Of a stretch of DNA of 64,000 nucleotides, positions 13,002 to 25,936 are shown piece after piece. Made by a program: the position numbers and the translations under genes. Position 1 is the stretch's first letter. Each line of letters starts with the position of its first letter. The notes below the pieces were generated by a model, which did no database searches, was not told where the DNA came from, and saw only the letters and a list, made by a program, of their open reading frames with translations. The DNA comes from Zancudomyces culisetae HAW-14-8. Its lineage: Eukaryota; Fungi; Kickxellomycota. The DNA lies in assembly GCA_052426225.1 (NCBI GenBank), contig JBNJNM010000011.1, forward strand, positions 558,001-622,000, given 5' to 3'.

Positions 13002-14854
13002 TCTCTTTTTTGAGTTTTAATGTTTGCTGTTTCAATTTATTCCTGTATTTTTAATATATTAATATTTTATTACTCTTTTCATCACTTTATGCTTTTTACA
13101 CCATCCTTCTTTTTTTTCTTTTAAAAAAAAAGATTAAAAATATACCAGTGTGAATTCAAAAAGGGCACTGAATTTATACCATTTTATATAAAGAATCAAC
13201 GTGTTTCTGCATTTAAATCAAAACCCAAAACTCATTTACCTTGATTTGTTTACTTTACTGCCGTCCCATAAGTGGTTTGACAAGATGCTTTTATTATGAC
13301 CCTTTTGCACTCTGTGATTTGTCTCGTATGTTTTATTTTTGGATAAACTCTATTCTAGTTAAACACATGAAATCTAGGTCCCTCTCTTTTTTTTTATCTA
13401 AAGCCCTTTTTATTATGTTAGTTATATTCCCTTTTTGGAAAACATTGGTATTATTATTTGGCAAACTCCTTTTTTTTTCAATGAAATTGCTGTTTTGGCT
13501 GTACTTTATTAAACGATATCTTCAAAACCACCCTAGTTATTGGTTGGCTTTTGACTTGTCCATTTTTTTTTCAATGTTTCTATTTTCATTCTCGTTTCCA
13601 TTTTCATCTTCATCTTCATCTTCATTTTTGTTTTTGCCTTTGTCTTTGTTTTTGTTTTTGTTTTTGTTTTTTGCTTTTGTTTTATATTTAAACTTTGAAG
13701 GTGATTTAATAATGGTAATTCTCACCACTTACCAGCAGAAAAGGGAACAAAAAGGTATTTTGAATGACAATTAACTAATCTTTTTCCTGCATCAACTCCA
13801 ATATTCTATAATTAGCACTTTTTTTTTTGAATGTCGGGATTTTTTCGGCTCAGGAAAAATAAAAGTTAGTTGTACTAAGCTGTACTTGGAATTATTACTT
13901 CAAAATGGTATAGTTGTAAAGGAAGAGGTGGGGGGGTTCTATAAAGTGATTGTATTTGATGTGGTGTAATCCGAATTTCGATTTTATGAACTTGAAAGAA
14001 ACCTGAGAAAGGTATACGGGTTTGGTATACGATATTTTCTCTTTTCTCCTCACCTCCCACCTCCCGCCTCTCCTCCAATCTCTCAGATCATATCATTACA
14101 TTACCATTTATCATTACCATACTATAATTCAGTTTTCTTCCGTTCCCTTTTTCTTTTATAAATGATCTATGTGTGGCTGTGCTTCAAAAAACTTGGCACA
14201 TTTTTTTTTCCTTTCAAATTGCGGCTTATTTGTTTAGTGTGTACAGAAAAAAACAATATAACTTGGTAAACAAAAAATTTCCATAGTATAGCAAGTACCA
14301 AGAGTTAAATAGTAATGATAGTAACAATAAAAAAAGTGCATACATGATTATCTGACAATTCTTATTTGACTACCCTATAACCAACACTCTTCTAGATCAA
14401 AATAACACTGATTTTTTCCGTTAAACTATTCAAGCCATCAGCAAAATAATTGATGTTCTCCTCCCTTTCCCTTTCTTTTCTTCATCTTAAATGATCCACT
14501 CATTTAATTTTTAGCCTACAAAAATATTTGATCGCCTCGACCACCAATATTACACCCTCCCCCTTTTTTTTTGTTTTTTAGACTTTTTGTATTATTGCCT
14601 AGTTGGAATATATACTGTTACACTCTGACTAGATTTTTTTTAAAAAAAATCTAACAAACATCAAAGAAGAGTCGGCATATGTATATATATATATTCTATT
14701 TCATCATTCCCTTCTCCCCAATTTATTTCCGAGTTTGTATAAGAGAAAAAATATATATGAAAATCAATGTTAATTAAATAATAAGCTATTAATAATATAC
14801 CCACCTTTAATTACATCTAATTGTAAAAATAAAACGTTAAAAGATAGAAAAGCA

Positions 14855-16522
14855 ATGCATGACGAAAAATATGAGCTGGAGAGCGAAAAGGAAGACTGTA
14901 TCCTATCACAATGCTCAGCATCGTCGATATATTACGAACTGTCAAATACTAGACTTTTTGCGATTACACTGTCCCTTTGTGTTTTGATATTCGCATCATC
15001 GCTAGCGTCCACAATCACATCGACAGCAGCAGAAAATATCAGTATGGAACTTGGAGCTGATAATATAGCATGGGTGGCCCATATCTATCTTATTGCATCA
15101 ACAGCGCCACAGTTGGTTTGGGGCAAAATCTCTACAATTTTTGGGATAAAAGTTGCTGTCATATCTTTCAGTTTTGTATTTATGATCGGGTCTATTCTAG
15201 CAGGGTTAGCTAATGATATGACATCTCTAATAATTTATCGAGGAATTATGGGATTGGGTGGAGGTGGGATAATGATAGTGTCAAATATGATAATTTCAAA
15301 CATAGTCCCAATTAAGGCTAGAGGCAAACATTTAGGGTATACATCTGCAGCAAGTCTACTGGGTCAAACGCTGGGTCCGATTATTGGTGGGTTATTGACA
15401 CAGAGCTGGGGTTGGAGGTATACGCAGCTAATATTTGTTCCAATTCTACTTATTTCAGGAATTGTAATGTACTTTTTTATTGAAATCCCGACCCCCAAAA
15501 TGAACATAAAAAGACAAGTAGGCCAGGTAGATATTTATGGATTAGTCCTTATCGTTGTTTCAACAACGCTGATCTTGATGGGCTTTGATATTATTAGCAC
15601 TTCTGCACCCTTTGTTGGTGTTGCTTTGGTGCTACTTGCTGTAGGAATTTCCATACTCGTTGCCTTTATCTATGTGGAATCGCGCAAAAAAACGGATCCT
15701 CTAATATCAGTAGATGTCTTGAAGCAGCACAACGTATCGTTTGGAATGATTAGTGCTCTGTGTACTGGCGTTATTATATACGCCTCGATTTTTCTCTTTC
15801 CACAATATTACAGAGCAGTGTACAACTCTACGCCAATTCAGGCTGGTTTAATGACATGGCCATGGGTGGTGGGTGTGGGCGTATCCAGTATTTCTTGCGG
15901 ACTAGCGATTTCGCTATACGGAAACTTTAGACCATATTTGATTGTGGGTGGAGGCTTGCTAGTAGTGGGATTTAGTTTGCTGACCACGTTTGAGTACTCG
16001 ACAAAAATACATATTGAGTACTTGTATACATTTATTGTTGGTCTGGGTATAGGGTTCCGGTTGCCCTCTGTAACAATTGAGGCACAAGCAGTGGTAAGTC
16101 ATAAAGATCTAGCAAGTGTCACATCGCTGGTCACGTTTTCAAGAAGCATGGGTGGTGTGCTCGGGTTGGCGATATCAAAAGGAATGCAAAAAAACGTTAT
16201 GCATCGACTGGCTGAAGAATTGTTAAAAGAGCACAGTGAGTGGTATGATGAGATCGAAGGTGCGGCAAATGGCCTTGTATACAAAATATTCCAGATTACT
16301 GACGAAGAGGTAAGAAAGCGCGTGGTTGAGTCGTTTATTAATTCCATCGTGGAGGTGTTCTATGTATGTATTGGGTTTTCTGTTGTGGCTTTAGTAACAT
16401 CAGTATTGGCTCACCATGTTGACCTTTATAACACCGCCGAGGAAAAAGAAATGCTAGAGAAAAGAATTGAAGAACTCAAAAAAGCCTCTAAACCCACTTC
16501 TGTAAAGTCGCTACCCTTGTAA
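14855..16522 (+). CDS. MFS drug:H+ antiporter, DHA2 (14-TM) family
   Basis: Intronless 555 aa. WGKISTIFG (motif A-like), RGIMGLGGGG, ARGK, GQTLGPIIGGLLTQSWGWRY (motif C) and FSRSMGGVLG. About 14 hydrophobic segments. Confidence 0.92.
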   Translation: MHDEKYELESEKEDCILSQCSASSIYYELSNTRLFAITLSLCVLIFASSLASTITSTAAENISMELGADNIAWVAHIYLIASTAPQLVWGKISTIFGIKVAVISFSFVFMIGSILAGLANDMTSLIIYRGIMGLGGGGIMIVSNMIISNIVPIKARGKHLGYTSAASLLGQTLGPIIGGLLTQSWGWRYTQLIFVPILLISGIVMYFFIEIPTPKMNIKRQVGQVDIYGLVLIVVSTTLILMGFDIISTSAPFVGVALVLLAVGISILVAFIYVESRKKTDPLISVDVLKQHNVSFGMISALCTGVIIYASIFLFPQYYRAVYNSTPIQAGLMTWPWVVGVGVSSISCGLAISLYGNFRPYLIVGGGLLVVGFSLLTTFEYSTKIHIEYLYTFIVGLGIGFRLPSVTIEAQAVVSHKDLASVTSLVTFSRSMGGVLGLAISKGMQKNVMHRLAEELLKEHSEWYDEIEGAANGLVYKIFQITDEEVRKRVVESFINSIVEVFYVCIGFSVVALVTSVLAHHVDLYNTAEEKEMLEKRIEELKKASKPTSVKSLPL

Positions 16523-16645
16523 TTTTTCGAATTGTGGTTATTGAGCTTAGACCAACGAGGTTGTTGGGTGCATAGTTTGTTTGTATTGAAATGCAAATAG
16601 TAAAACCAAACCTGTGTGAAGAAGGGAGGGAGGGAGAGAGAGGAA

Positions 16646-16684
16646 AGAAGGGAAGAAGGGAAGAAGGGAAGAAGGGAAGAAGGG
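16646..16684. repeat. (AAGAAGGG)n purine tandem repeat
   Basis: About 5 copies of an 8-mer inside a polypurine tract between the convergent MFS and SRP receptor beta genes. Confidence 0.8.
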
Positions 16685-16892
16685 GACAGGATTAAGCGTT
16701 GTAAATACACATTATTGTAGATAAATAGTTTTTTTATTTTTTTATTTCCATAGACACAAAACCACTAACTAACAAATCTAAAAAGCAAAAAAAAGACCAT
16801 ACAATCGGTTAACAACAACTCAAAAACAACACAGATTTGCTGTACATTCAAAACACAAAACAAAAACAAACAAAGAAAAAAAGACGAGAAAG

Positions 16893-18127
16893 TTAAACAT
16901 ACAAATCGGTTATCCAACTTGTTAGTTCGCAATGTAACTTGGACTTTTTGTCATCCATATCTTTGGAAATAAACGATGTTTCAATAAACGTTGTGTGGTT
17001 TTGCAAGTGATCAAACCTGAAAACCGTTCCTTCCAGCCCCGAAAGCTCATCAGTTTGCTCGTTCAAGTCTTCTGTATGGGCGTCAGGAGCCTTGCCTCTT
17101 ACTGTTCGCAGCTTTTCACTATTAGTATTTCATAAACAAACGCAAACACCATTTTTTTTTTGTTTAGTATAGTTATTTACGCCCAAAAAAAAAGTTATAA
17201 AATAACAAGTAGTTCAGGACAAATTACATTTCTTCTTCAAGTTTGCAGCGTATCTCTGTAGGTGAAGCTGCTCCTTTGAGGTCACACTTGTTACAAGCCA
17301 CTAAAATCGAGATTTCATTGCTGGATTTCTGAACCGATATCAATAAATCGTAAAGAAACCTAAGGTAGAAAAAAATAAAGTGATGAGGGATATAATATTT
17401 AATTTATAAATACCATAGGCATATACATACAAGTAAAAGTGTGAAACTTACTCTGCAACTGAAAATGCATTTTTTTTGAATTCTACCGAATCGATAGTAA
17501 ATATAACACCTGCAGTGATTGGCAAGTACTCCTTGTATCGAAAACGTAATTTAGGATGGCCAGGAACATCGACAATAAACATTGTTTTCTACAGAAATCG
17601 ACAGCAGATACGAGCATAAAGTAAAGCGACAAACCATTTCAATATAAAAGTAAATCAGTAGGGAATTGGGAAGAAGAATTACCTGAGTACCCAGTAAATT
17701 GATAGTACAATCAGCTTCATTTACATCGATGGAAGTTTGAGTTGGAAGGACTAGCCCATATCTCAGCTATAAAAGTTTACAAAAAGAGGTATAAGAGCCA
17801 TTCTAATTAGAAATGTGGAAATAATCCAGAGTTGGTCGGATGCGATGAGTGGTTCTTACCCAAGTCCATGCTGTAGTTTTTCCAGAGTCTGAGAGTCCAA
17901 GGATGACCAACCCATTCTTGCTTTTGCCAGCGGCTAATATTACATTAAAACAGTTTATAGGGTTTATAAAAGTTACATAAGGGCTATATAAATAAAGAGA
18001 GTAAATCAATCAAAAAAAAACAATAAAGTAAATGGTAATTACCGTGTCGTTTTCTCAAAAAGATATAGAAAAAAAAGATAATGAGTCCAACGCTCAAGCT
18101 CCAAGCCAAAATATCAAAGGAACTCAT
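16893..18127 (-). CDS. SRP102: Signal recognition particle receptor beta subunit, 6 exons
   Basis: Hand-spliced with GT-AG introns: MSSFDILAWSLSVGLIIFFFYIFLRKRH (TM anchor), P-loop GLSDSGKT, PTQTS, IVDVPGHPKLR (G3), ILVACNKCD (G4), LEEEIEKLR, FRFDHL, ending WITDLYV-TAA. Confidence 0.93.
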
Positions 18128-18598
18128 ACCTGGAAGATTGAAGAAAAAAATAAAAAGGCAAAGATTGATTTCTACTATATACTTAAATTACAATTTGAAG
18201 CTTCGTTGTTTTATTAGCAAGTATAGAGGATATTAAAAAGTGTTTTTTTATTTTGCGGGGATTGGAGTGTGTTATACGAGTCCCTCGCAATTAAAGCTTG
18301 GTAAATACAACAATTAAGTTTTACAAACAAATGTACACCCTCAATTGGCCCGTTTATTTTTCTTTGCCATCTGGGCGATTTTCCGCGATTTTTTTTTCTG
18401 TTGTTGTAAGGATCAGTTAATGGTAAACTGAAAAGCAAAAAATTTTGTCACAAAATTAAAATAAAAAGAAAGGCGAGGAAAGAAGAGGAGTGTATTTCAG
18501 ATTTGAATAGCTTGAAGAATTATTAATAAAGGACTGTAAGGGACCGGGAAACTATTAAAACTATAGGATAGGGTATTGATATCTGAAATCAAATAAAA

Positions 18599-19790
18599 AT
18601 GGCGTCATATAGCGGAAAACTAGGATTTTACCATTTGGTTGAAAATCTGAAGGTACTTTTGATATTCTATGTTTAAAGTCTTTGTGTTTTATTCAAAAAT
18701 GTGCTTGGGGAAAGTCGGGATTCAAGTATTAGTGGCTTGTGTAGTGATATATAATAAAATATGGTTGGAAACATAAACATAAAAATTGATATAAATGTGG
18801 ATATGAATGCGAATAAATAGAAAACGAAGCGAACGGGTTGGGTAAACAACAAAATTCCAAACCCAGAGTCGATCTCAGATCATATGTATAGAATGAGCAT
18901 TATTGCCTTTACGATAAATGATACCGGATTGAACAGAGACAGGTAGGTGGGGGTATTATTTGCCGTAAATCCATATATATAAATATATACTGTAGCTTTA
19001 TCAAGGGAATAGAGATTTATCATTTTCTGTGTAATTTATATAAACTCAATTCGATGCAAAGATGTATCAAGATGGCACTAGTTCACGACTTGGCTGAATC
19101 GCTAGTGGTACTAATTTTTTTTACACTTTTTTAATTACTAAATATGAAAACTCTTTTGTGTATTTTCTATCATATTGAGTGAAAAGTATGTTTTGTAAAA
19201 CAGTAAGTGTGGGTCAATACTATTAGGGCGACATAACACCATATGATAAGGTACCAAAAGAAGAAAAGTTTCGAATGGAAAAGGTAGGTAACATAAGGGT
19301 AGTATTTGAAGGTAGAGGGGAGAGGAAGGGAGGCGAGAGGGTAAGGAGACAAGTACTAAAACTCAAATAAAACGTGTAGGAGGCAATGGACAGAATAAAA
19401 GACATGTTGGAGGATAAAGAGGTTGGAGCCGAGATTGAGGAGTTATGGCTAGAGTATGAACACGGGAAAACGGCAGAGGCACAGTTGGTAAAAGATATTG
19501 ACAAGTTTGAGATGGTTGTGCAGGCGTATGAGTACGAAAAGGGTAAAGTTGTACACTGTTATTTACTTTCATACTATATTAATGTTATTTTTGCGTGTAT
19601 GTTGTTCAAATTAATGATAATCAAATAAAATGTAATGCAAATGTATTATCTGATGACAGAGCATGGTGTGAAGCTAGATTCGTTTTTCCATTATCCTGTG
19701 GAGTATTTTAATCATCCAAAGATCAAGGAGCTGGTAGCAGAGTTGTACAAAGAAAGGGATATCTTAAAGAGCAGACCCACATCTGAATGA
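18599..19790 (+). CDS. HDDC2: HD-domain 5'-deoxynucleotidase (HDDC2/YGK1 family), 6 exons
   Basis: Spliced product: LVENLK-KTKRTGWV..ESISDHMYRM..RCIKMALVHDLAESLV-GDITP..LWLEYE..AEAQLVKDIDKFEMVVQAYEYE..ending TGA at 19790. The exon 3 acceptor is AAG. Confidence 0.94.
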
Positions 19791-20403
19791 TTCCATGGGT
19801 GTTTTCTTTATGTTTATATGTAATAACTGGCTAGTCCATAGAAGCAAAAATCAAAAAAAAAAAACAAAGCCAAAAGAAAAGCCGAATATTTTTGAGGGTT
19901 TTGGAACTATATACACATATTATTAGAGGTTTTAGTATTAAATAGTAAGATCACTGGAATTAGGCAAAGTATGCTCCTGATAATAAATATTTCTTGAACA
20001 GAACACATATTAACTCAAAAAAGAAAAACTGGCAAACAATTGTGGGATTTTGCTGTTGAAATGAAATGTATTCAATGGCTAGAAAAAAATGGGTTTTGTT
20101 AAGATTAAAACATGAATGGCTTGCACGGCAAGACAGTACGATATAATACTGAAAGCGAGGGAAAGTAATGATGATAATAAAATCAAAGAAAATAAATAAA
20201 ATAAGTTAGATTTGTAGGAGTTGTTAGCACAGCCAACAAGAGGATAATATGTAATCAAACTCGCTGAAATACATAATAAGAGCTGAGGTGAGCCAAGGCC
20301 AAAAAAAAAAAGTCAAAGCAAAGAGATCTACTCGAAGCCAGACATTGAATTTTAGTGACCAGTGGATAGTCCTGCGCAGCAGAAAAACCATAGCTAGGGG
20401 GAA

Positions 20404-21654
20404 CTAGTACAAGACGTACTCGGCCTTGGCGCCAGGAGGCAAAGTGACAGTACAGCCAGCAGGCATGGTGCAAGAACCACCTTCGCACTTGCACTCACCA
20501 CCTTCAGGGAATATACAGTTGCCAGTAAGACAGTTAATCTTGACGTTGTAAGTGGCAGCGGTTTGGAAGCCAGACTCAATGTACAAGTGGTTGAAGAAAA
20601 CACTGATGTATGTGTTTCCATCTTTGGCTTGACCGGCACCAAAGTTGTATGGAGCCCAGTTTCCAACAGGCTTGTCAGCATCGCCCCAAATACATTGACC
20701 TTCATCACTTCCTTCCAAGTTTACGTAGAATTGAGAGCTGGTTCCCAACCAGTAGGTGTTTGGAACAACGTTGAGACCGATTGTGGAGCCTGGGTTTGCA
20801 ACTGTGGGGATAAGCATGGCTTCGTTTCCTGGGTAGATGGTTTGACAGGCAGAGACTGAACCACCCAAGGTGTTTCTCATGGTTACGTTGTCAACACTCT
20901 TTACACAGAATGGTCTGTCTGGGAATGGAAGTTGGAGAACACCGTTGGCATCACAGTAAAGACCACCGTTCATTGAGCCTGGACCAATTGGATCGTTTGC
21001 GCTTGGATCCCATTGGGCAGAGTAGTATCCAGGTGCACAAGCATATGGACACCATGATCCTCTGGTACATGCTTGGTTTGGTGACATTGCCCATCCTGCG
21101 TTCATTCCTTGTGGTGTGATTGGGTGTACGTTGTGTGAGTTTCCAGATTGCCATGGGAAGCTACATGTGTTTCCAGTTGAGGCAAGTGACAATCCAGAGG
21201 ATTGGCTTACCTGTTCGACAGCTGGCTCTGATACAGGAGCTGAGGATGGTGCTGGTGCTGGTGATGATTCAGATGTTGGGGATGGTTCTGGCTGAGATAC
21301 TGCCTCAACTGCGGCTTGTGCCTGTTCTGGGCTGAAAGCATCTCTGGCTACGGTTGCTGGGTTAACATTTTGTGGTTCAGATGGTGATGCTGCTACTGGT
21401 GCTGCCTCTGCTACTGGTGTTACCTCTGGTGCTGGTGCTGCTGCTGGCACTGTTACTGTTACTGCTTCTTGAACAGGAACTACAACTGGGACATTTGTTG
21501 GCGCTGGGGATCCTCCATCAACGAATACTGTGACGAATTGCGTCTCATATACTACAACCACTTGTGGAACAGCCTGGTTGAACTCGTCTTGTGGGATTGG
21601 TGCTGAAAATGCGGCACCCAAGAGCCCAAGAATTGTGAAAGCTGATTTTCTCAT
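20404..21654 (-). CDS. Secreted SUN-family (GH132) beta-glucosidase/glucanase, Adg3-like
   Basis: Signal peptide, then a P/A/S/E-rich linker, then a SUN domain: CSFP..GWAMSPNQAC..WCPYACAPGY..QW..SMNGGLYC, CQTIYPGNEAMLIPT, CIWG...GNWAPY. Confidence 0.93.
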   Translation of the reverse strand: MRKSAFTILGLLGAAFSAPIPQDEFNQAVPQVVVVYETQFVTVFVDGGSPAPTNVPVVVPVQEAVTVTVPAAAPAPEVTPVAEAAPVAASPSEPQNVNPATVARDAFSPEQAQAAVEAVSQPEPSPTSESSPAPAPSSAPVSEPAVEQVSQSSGLSLASTGNTCSFPWQSGNSHNVHPITPQGMNAGWAMSPNQACTRGSWCPYACAPGYYSAQWDPSANDPIGPGSMNGGLYCDANGVLQLPFPDRPFCVKSVDNVTMRNTLGGSVSACQTIYPGNEAMLIPTVANPGSTIGLNVVPNTYWLGTSSQFYVNLEGSDEGQCIWGDADKPVGNWAPYNFGAGQAKDGNTYISVFFNHLYIESGFQTAATYNVKINCLTGNCIFPEGGECKCEGGSCTMPAGCTVTLPPGAKAEYVLY

Positions 21655-24600
21655 TTTTTCTTCTTCCTATTGTTTAATCTCGGTTAAGTTCGTTATCGCT
21701 TGAAGCTATTTCTAAAATTGATAATTTATTTCTTAAGTTCTTTAATCGAAGCCTTTGATGTTAGCAATTCTTATTTCTTTGAACGTCTAGTGTTGTATTA
21801 CAACTGTTTTCTCTCCAATTACTGTTTACAAGTAAAAACAACCTGAAAATGTATATCCGGAGGGGGTGTAATCAATAAACCTAAGAACAGTCTTCTAGTT
21901 TTCTTCCAAAGTAATCAATACTTTAGTTCTTGTAAACCAGTTTTTTTTATGAGTTTTTTTTACTTTAATAAAGAAAGAACAGATACTGCGCGTTAGAGAA
22001 GAGATTCGGGTATTTAAAGATTTTTTTTGACTATATTGTTATGATAATCTTGTTACTCTTTTTTAGTTCCACTTCTTTATTTCTCGATTGCTAGAACTCA
22101 AAGAAATCAAACATATTCCTGGTAAATCCCCAACCAACAAAATTGCATTTCTTTATTTAGTACCACTTTTGCACCATTTTTGCTTTTGTAATTGGTGCCT
22201 CAAAAGTTTTGAATTTCTAACATCTAAACTATTGATTTGTTATTTTTTATCGTTGTATAAGGTTTATGTAAGAGTAAACTATAACATTGCTTTAATTTAT
22301 TACGATTAACATTAAAATAACCCAAAGTTATGTTTCCTTATTCCCATTTGCCTATCTTTGGTAATAGAGAATTTTAATTTTTTTACATAATGTATGCTGA
22401 CTATTAGACGTACTTTTTTTTAAAAATCACATTGCACTCATTGGACCGTCTTAATTAGCAAAGACATGATATCTAAAATGTCAACACCCTCCTCCTTCTC
22501 TTCCTCTAACGATACTTCTTCCTATTCAATAATGTACAAACTTCCATCCCAGTTCTTGTCAATTACATAATACCTTTTTATTGGCTCTTTCGTTTATGGC
22601 TCAATCTTTACAATAACTCGAAACTTTGCCTATCTTTTTTATTATTTTTGGCAGCAAAATAGACAATACATAAAACTAACACAGCCTACACAAACTTTAC
22701 GACCATTAGTTAATATGCGATTTCTTCAAAGATGATATTTTGCAGTTCACAGACTTGTAATAAAGTAAAAAATACAAAGTCAGATGTCAAACTTCGCATC
22801 CGCTTCCAGATTTGGTGGGATAACAAAGTCAGAAAAAAAACCATCTTTAAAGCAGATTGCCAAACTGGTTTATATTTTATTGTCCAGAAAAAAATTTTTT
22901 TCCCATACTAACTTCCCTATCAAGAATTCAGCTTGCCCAATTAACTAGGCATTTCATAGCTAAATGAAACTGGATGAATATTACTCTTTTTTACTTTGTC
23001 ACACCGCAAGAAAGGTTTGGAATCTCAATGTTTTTGTTTTGTTTTTGTTTTTGCAATGATATCAGTTTGTACTCTGCCCGACCCTTACCACTCATATTCC
23101 ACATCTATAATTGTCCTTTGTTTCAACGCTACACTCCGACATGCTAAACTTAACGTTGGTTTCCATAAAGGATATCGCTCTAAGGAGCTTGAGTGTCCCA
23201 AAACTTAGCTGTTTATCCTGCTATGCTACAAAAAAAAAAAGTAACAACATCATCTTGTTAGTATCACTCATTCCCCCCCTCCTTTGCGAGGTCTCTTTAG
23301 TGTCAAGAAAGCACATTTTGGTTTTTACAGACTACTAACGATATATTGGACAACCTAGCTAGCAATAATTCTATATTCACGGTATTTTCTTTCAATTTCA
23401 TCGTCTAGTTTACATTTTAATAATACCCAACTCTGTTGTCCAACCCTATACACACCAGCTCTTTGAGCACATGAACACACGAATCTATTCAGCTCATAAT
23501 TTTTTTTCTAACTCCTTTTAATTTTTTTTTACAACTATTACACATAGCCACTAATTTCTGCTAAAATCATCCTGGTTTGCGGCAAAATTCAATATTCGTA
23601 GTTTAAAGACCAACTCTGGCCAATGTTTGGAACTTTGTAAGTTTCGATTTTCTGCGTTACATGTGTTTTGGTTTTTTATTTCTCTCCATAACACCCAGAT
23701 TGCTTATCTAATACCAAAACTTTAACGACTATTGGATCGCTGGCTCTCCATTTATTTTGTAGGAAAAAATCAAATGCAAAAAAGAATAAAACCTCGCCTA
23801 TAGATTTCGTGCAATTCATTGGCCAAGTATGTTTTTTTTTTCAAGTTTGGAATATTCAGGCCAATTTATTTTTATTCATTTTGCCCAACTTTGGTAAAAA
23901 ATTTTAATTTGCTCTTCCCACTTAGGCTATATCATCTCAACTAACGGATTCCATTACTGGTTCAAAAAAATAACGCAAAATGCTAACACTGTTATTGTGC
24001 AAGTGTATACTTTTTAATTTCTCTGCTTTTTAAATCTAGTATATTAAAGAAAAAAGCAAACACCTCTTTAATGGTAACAAACTTGTGTTATAGACAATTT
24101 ATCTTCTTGGGCCAATTGCCTGCTTCAGCGCTGCCGAACAAATAGCAGAAGCGTATGCTAAAAAAAGGATATTGAGAAATTATTCCTTTTTTTCTCTTGC
24201 TAATTTATTTCCCTGACTTTATATACCACACTACAAAGACCAGTGAAATATCTGATGTAGATGAGCTGCTCAATTGTATTCATGATACGATTCACCAATG
24301 AATACTATTATTCATACCCTTTATATTCCTCAAGCTCATAATACCATAACCTAATCGCACCTTTTTGGTAACTACAATCATCTCATCACCAACTCTCCTC
24401 TTCTAACCTATCCCTAATTGCATGGTTTTAGGATTTTTTTGGGATGGGAACATTGAATATACCGTTTTAGAGATATCAAAGGTTTGTGAGAATTGTGGTT
24501 GATTCTCCAACAGCCGAAGCCCTTAATTCAGTATCAATGCATGTGATTGCTTTCATGTTATGACCCCCACACCACTTGAACTTTTGCCCTAACACCACAT

Positions 24601-25936
24601 CCTTAACAACCATCACGTTCAACCATCACATTCAAGCCTCAAACTACAAACCTCAAATAAATCATATATTATGCATCATATATTATACATCATACGTTAT
24701 ACATTATGGATAAATTTTCAAGACAGTCTCACCAGCATGGCACTCCTAATTTTCACAGAGCTTCGACCACCTACCCTCCCCCCCCCCCCCCCCCCTCCTC
24801 CATGTAATCAACTGCCACTGTTTGTCTTGCTTTCGCATTTTAAAATCGTACCATCAGGTATACTAGTTCTATATTTTCTTGTTTAGGAAAGTATCTGAAA
24901 AAATAGAAAAGCTAGAACACTGCATCAGATGTTTACCAGAGGAAATATCACAAATGCAGAGTCAATGTTTTGAGACCATGTATGAGTCAGTGTGAGCACA
25001 GATGGGCTGATTGAGGGCAGTTCAGGTCAAAACACTTTATAGTCAGGTATGATTTTGATTGCATAATATGGGAATTTATATATTGTATTATTCTTTTTCA
25101 AGAGAGAAAAAAAAAGGATCTAGAGTGACGATAATTGATGCAAGTTCGGCTTCAAGAGTTATCAGGATTAAATCTTTATTTTTAAAAAAAATGAAAAATG
25201 AAAAATGAAAAAAATCATGATCTCTGAACCCACCAAAAATGTTGATAGATGAGTTCTTTGAATTAAAACACAATGGCGAACTATCTATGTATCGAGCTAT
25301 ACTTTCATTCTTTTGTAAAGTTATCAATCCCAACATAGGACAGACATATGAATAAAAATATATAGAGTTGGGTGAAACTGGGGTTCCAGTTGGGTATTTA
25401 CTATTATATATGCGCTTAAAATATCTTGCTTTATACTTTTTTATCTTCTTCCCTCCCACTTCCTTTCTCGCGCATTTTGTTTTAGAGGAAAAGACCCACA
25501 CAGTATTGAATACACGTTCTGTTTTGGTATACACAGCTAGGGCTTCAATAGTATAATCTAGATGGTTAGTTACTGATGATTGCCGTTTGACAGAAAAGTC
25601 GACAATAAAAACGTCTGCTTTCCTTAGCGAGATTTTTCTCGTGCCTTTGTTACAGAGTATTGGCAATCAAATAGATAAATGAAAACAGCCGCAATGCTCA
25701 CTTGTAACAAAGGCAGATTTCTTGTCAATAGGCATATCGCATCATTCGATCGGTGCCTATGATACAACGGCCTGGTTTAAGCGATTAGTACCACTTGCTA
25801 ATTTCAAAGTCACACCACCACAAGCTTTATTTTTACAATCCAAATACATAAAATACACTAGTCACAAATTTAAAATGATCATGAATAAACAGATCCAAAA
25901 TGCTCGCTAAGAAAAAAAAAACGATAAAAAAAAAAG

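Noticed and set aside
13241-13774. 177-aa hydrophobic ORF (+) and 63-aa K/N-rich ORF (-)
   Set aside because: The long ORF has a TTG start. Both arise from T-rich hexamer and low-complexity runs, and neither shows a recognisable motif.
25088-25666. 192-aa minus-strand ORF
   Set aside because: TTG start, F/K/I-rich composition typical of AT-rich non-coding DNA, and no domain. Not excluded, but unsupported.
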